Source of the DNA: Ascidiella aspersa
Taxonomy: Eukaryota
Assembly (NCBI GenBank): GCA_963924565.1
Contig: OZ004609.1
Span: forward strand, 6,324,001 to 6,388,000
Direction of reading: 5' to 3'
DNA: 64,000 nucleotides
Shown here: piece by piece, positions 61,321 through 64,000 of the stretch
Layout: each line of letters opens with the position of its first letter
Numbering within the stretch: position 1 is the stretch's first letter
Program-made: the position numbers and the translations under genes
Notes under the pieces: model-generated
The model's database searches: none
Seen by the model: the letters and a program-made list of their open reading frames with translations, nothing else
Told to the model about the DNA's origin: nothing

Positions 61321-61713
61321 CAGTGTTGTAAACATGTCATTTTGAAATGACTTAAGTCCCAGTCAAGTGACAAATAGAGAAAGTCATTTTCACTTCAAGT
61401 GGTTGTCATTAAAACTGGACGTTAAACTGCTAAAATTGGTTAACTCTTCCGATTATGAGCAGTAAATTTACTCAAAAAAAACACCAAACGCGAAACATAG
61501 CAAATAAATCGTTTTACGCACTAAACTTAAGATAAATAGCCCGATTTTTATCATGAAAAATGCCTAACCAAAGCACTTAATTTTAACCTAAGTCATTGTC
61601 CAAAAGACCTAACATAGTCCAGCATTTGTCCAAAATACTAAAGTCAAAGTATCAAAAATCAGTGACTTAAGTGCACTTACGTCAAGTTATTGGCTCAAGT
61701 CGTTACAACACTG
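61321..61713. mobile_element. hAT-type MITE (CAGTGTTGTAA/GACTT family), inverted relative to the 21842 copy
   Basis: Perfect 11-bp TIRs CAGTGTTGTAA ... TTACAACACTG; flanks ATGCGAGA and ATGCGAGG (7/8 TSD); AAGTC repeats. Confidence 0.88.
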
Positions 61714-64000
61714 ATGCGAGGCATGAAAATCGGCGATTTGGAATGCAAGAGTCTACTCTCGGCTGGTCGCACTTTTTCACGCCGCAAATATCGACGCGGC
61801 TTATCCGGCTTGAAAAGGACCGCCCGGCTCCGGATTAGACGCCCCGGCGCAGATTATCGCGAATTCTTGCGGCATGCACGCACAACAAACGCGTGGGCAG
61901 TTTTTTCACGAAAGAAACGTGGGGAGCATCGTCGGGCGGACACTAAGAGACACATCACGATTATTTTCACCTTTCTAACTAAAGGATGTTGTGCGGAAGT
62001 GATTATAAAACAGGGATACGAGCGCAATGCAGACATACCTCAATTCAAATTATTTCAAAAGTAAAAATGCCGTGTTTGAATGTACGAGGGAAAAAATCAT
62101 TTTTCCAATTGTGTAACCAATGATTAGATTATGACACCATGCCATAGGTAGGCCCACATTGTAATTTACGAACTTTTTTCTACGCGACTAATATAATTAA
62201 CCGTTGACGCAGCAAACAACATCACAACAGACTAAACATCGCACTTTTTCCATTTAAAAGTTTTTGTAATAAAAAATGATTTTGATCTTTAGAATGGAGC
62301 TGTAAGACTGAATTGTATCGCCTATTTCACAACCCGCATCCCTCTCGCACCGGAAACATATCGACCGACGACATTTGATTCTTTCCAGTAAAACTTCATT
62401 CATCGGCGCATACAAGAAAAAGCGCGACAAATAGCGACACGCCTCGATGGCAATCGACAAAGCGAACGATTTTGTTTTGGGGAGGCGCGTAGGACCTCAA
62501 TTAATCGAGAATAACAATTTGGCGCGACGCTGGCGCCATTAATTCGATTCCGGCGGTAGAGCGTCGGCAACGGCCCGTTTCCCGGGGAATGCAAAACGAC
62601 TCCGACGGGGAAATAGGCTTCGTAGGCCGGCAAGACGAAAATATTTCAGCCTATTCGATCACCGCACAAGCCGTTGCCACCGATCGATATCTGCTAATCC
62701 AATGAAATCGCGGCCCGGCTTTATGACGTCATAGCGGTGTGTGACACGCGGTAAACGTATGCGCTGGATACAACCAACACGGATTGCTGAAAAAAAATTT
62801 GTTTCTTTGAAACACTATTTGTGGAAGTGTCTGTTCGAAAATTCTTGTCCTTTCATTGAAAAAATATTTCAAAGTTTATTTAGGTTCCTGAAGGCTTAAA
62901 TAGTTTGCTCTTAAGTTATACCTTATCATCAAGATAAATCATCATTGTTCATTTTTCCGATTTTAACTTCAAAGTGTTTAACATCCTTAATTTACTATTT
63001 AAAATCTGAGGTAAATGTTCCAGGAGTACAATGAAATGGAGGTTAATCCGATATTGTGTGGTTTATAGACAAACAGTAATTTAACATAGTCGCTTTTATT
63101 TGTCTTTATTTATATTTTATGTTTTAATTTCTTCCTTTGGACAATTGTAAGGCGATAAACTAGAGGAAACCCTCATAAAGCCATATTTATTTATCGTTTC
63201 TGCTAAACTTTAGGTGTACGTCAATGTTAACTTTGTCACGTATTGATACAAATAACAGCAAAACGATTAGTACTGAGGGCTCTTAAAACACAGACAGAAC
63301 TTTGAAGAGCTTGCGTTCGCCGAATGAATCATCGAGTGTTAATCGAACCGCACTTGTTCGTTTAACACCGAATATGTTGCGCATTTCGACACCGGCATTG
63401 TTGAACTTGTCGAAATTCCAACGCGGCGATCAATAAAGCGAACTTATACCTAATATGTATAGTTGGTCGTGATAATGGTTAGATCGCCACTAACTTAACA
63501 AAACATGAGAAATGCACTCTTGTGTCACCGATTTCTCGTTGATCAGATATTAAGGACGAAGCTTTCAAAATTAACCGAATGGACATTTAAATTACTTTAA
63601 GTCAAAGTCAATACATTTTTAAATTACGTAAACAAATCCTGTCGCTTACAAGTGATTTTCGGCTTGTAAGTGAAAATATCATTGACATCAAACGCTAATC
63701 TTAAACCAGCACACGAATCCGCATTCAGATGATTACAGTCAGCACTTGTTTTAGAAATAACCAAAACTAAAAACCTTGCAAACTATTAAACATGTGCAAA
63801 TTTCACGAAAATAAAATTCAAGTTTTACGAATACAGTTTGTTGAACAACTTATCGTAGTCGATGTTGTATTAGAAAATATAAAAATGTGTAAAGTTGGAA
63901 GCGTATTATATCACATAACAAAAGTAGAGCATCAGCAAAATAAACCAATCATCTTACCACGAACCGAAACAAACTACAGAAGCAAAGAGTCACAAGAAAG

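Noticed and set aside
47000-64000. Many 60-130 aa ORFs in the track
   Set aside because: Most start at non-ATG codons, occur on both strands of GC-rich patches, and form no phase-consistent exon chain or known motif.

Overview
Eukaryotic, AT-rich, intron-containing animal DNA, most likely an ascidian or another invertebrate chordate (inferred from gene content, intron sizes and repeat types). I found no prokaryotic operon, CRISPR array, rRNA or intact tRNA. Three protein-coding genes lie on the minus strand; I spliced them by hand and every GT-AG junction is phase-compatible. (1) 364-589: first coding exon of a gene running off the left edge, with an N-terminal myristoylation motif. (2) 28033->9681: a 17-exon secreted mosaic protein of about 1125 aa (length uncertain because of a 132-N gap). 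Its order is signal peptide, lysozyme/transglycosylase-like domain with apparently substituted catalytic motifs, VWA domain with intact MIDAS, unassigned beta-sandwich, Thr-rich mucin stalk, C-terminal pentraxin. This is the best candidate for an undescribed innate-immune or mucus system. (3) 46615 (or 46705)->33767: a 4-coding-exon, roughly 632-aa FGF with a divergent core, long extensions carrying convertase-type sites, and a Lys/Arg/Cys tail; it resembles the ascidian FgfL ('large FGF') type. The remainder is introns and about 17 kb without recognisable coding sequence, holding CpG-rich patches, hAT-type MITEs (several with 8-bp TSDs), SINE-like fragments, foldbacks, local duplications and two Penelope-type minimal hammerhead-like motifs.
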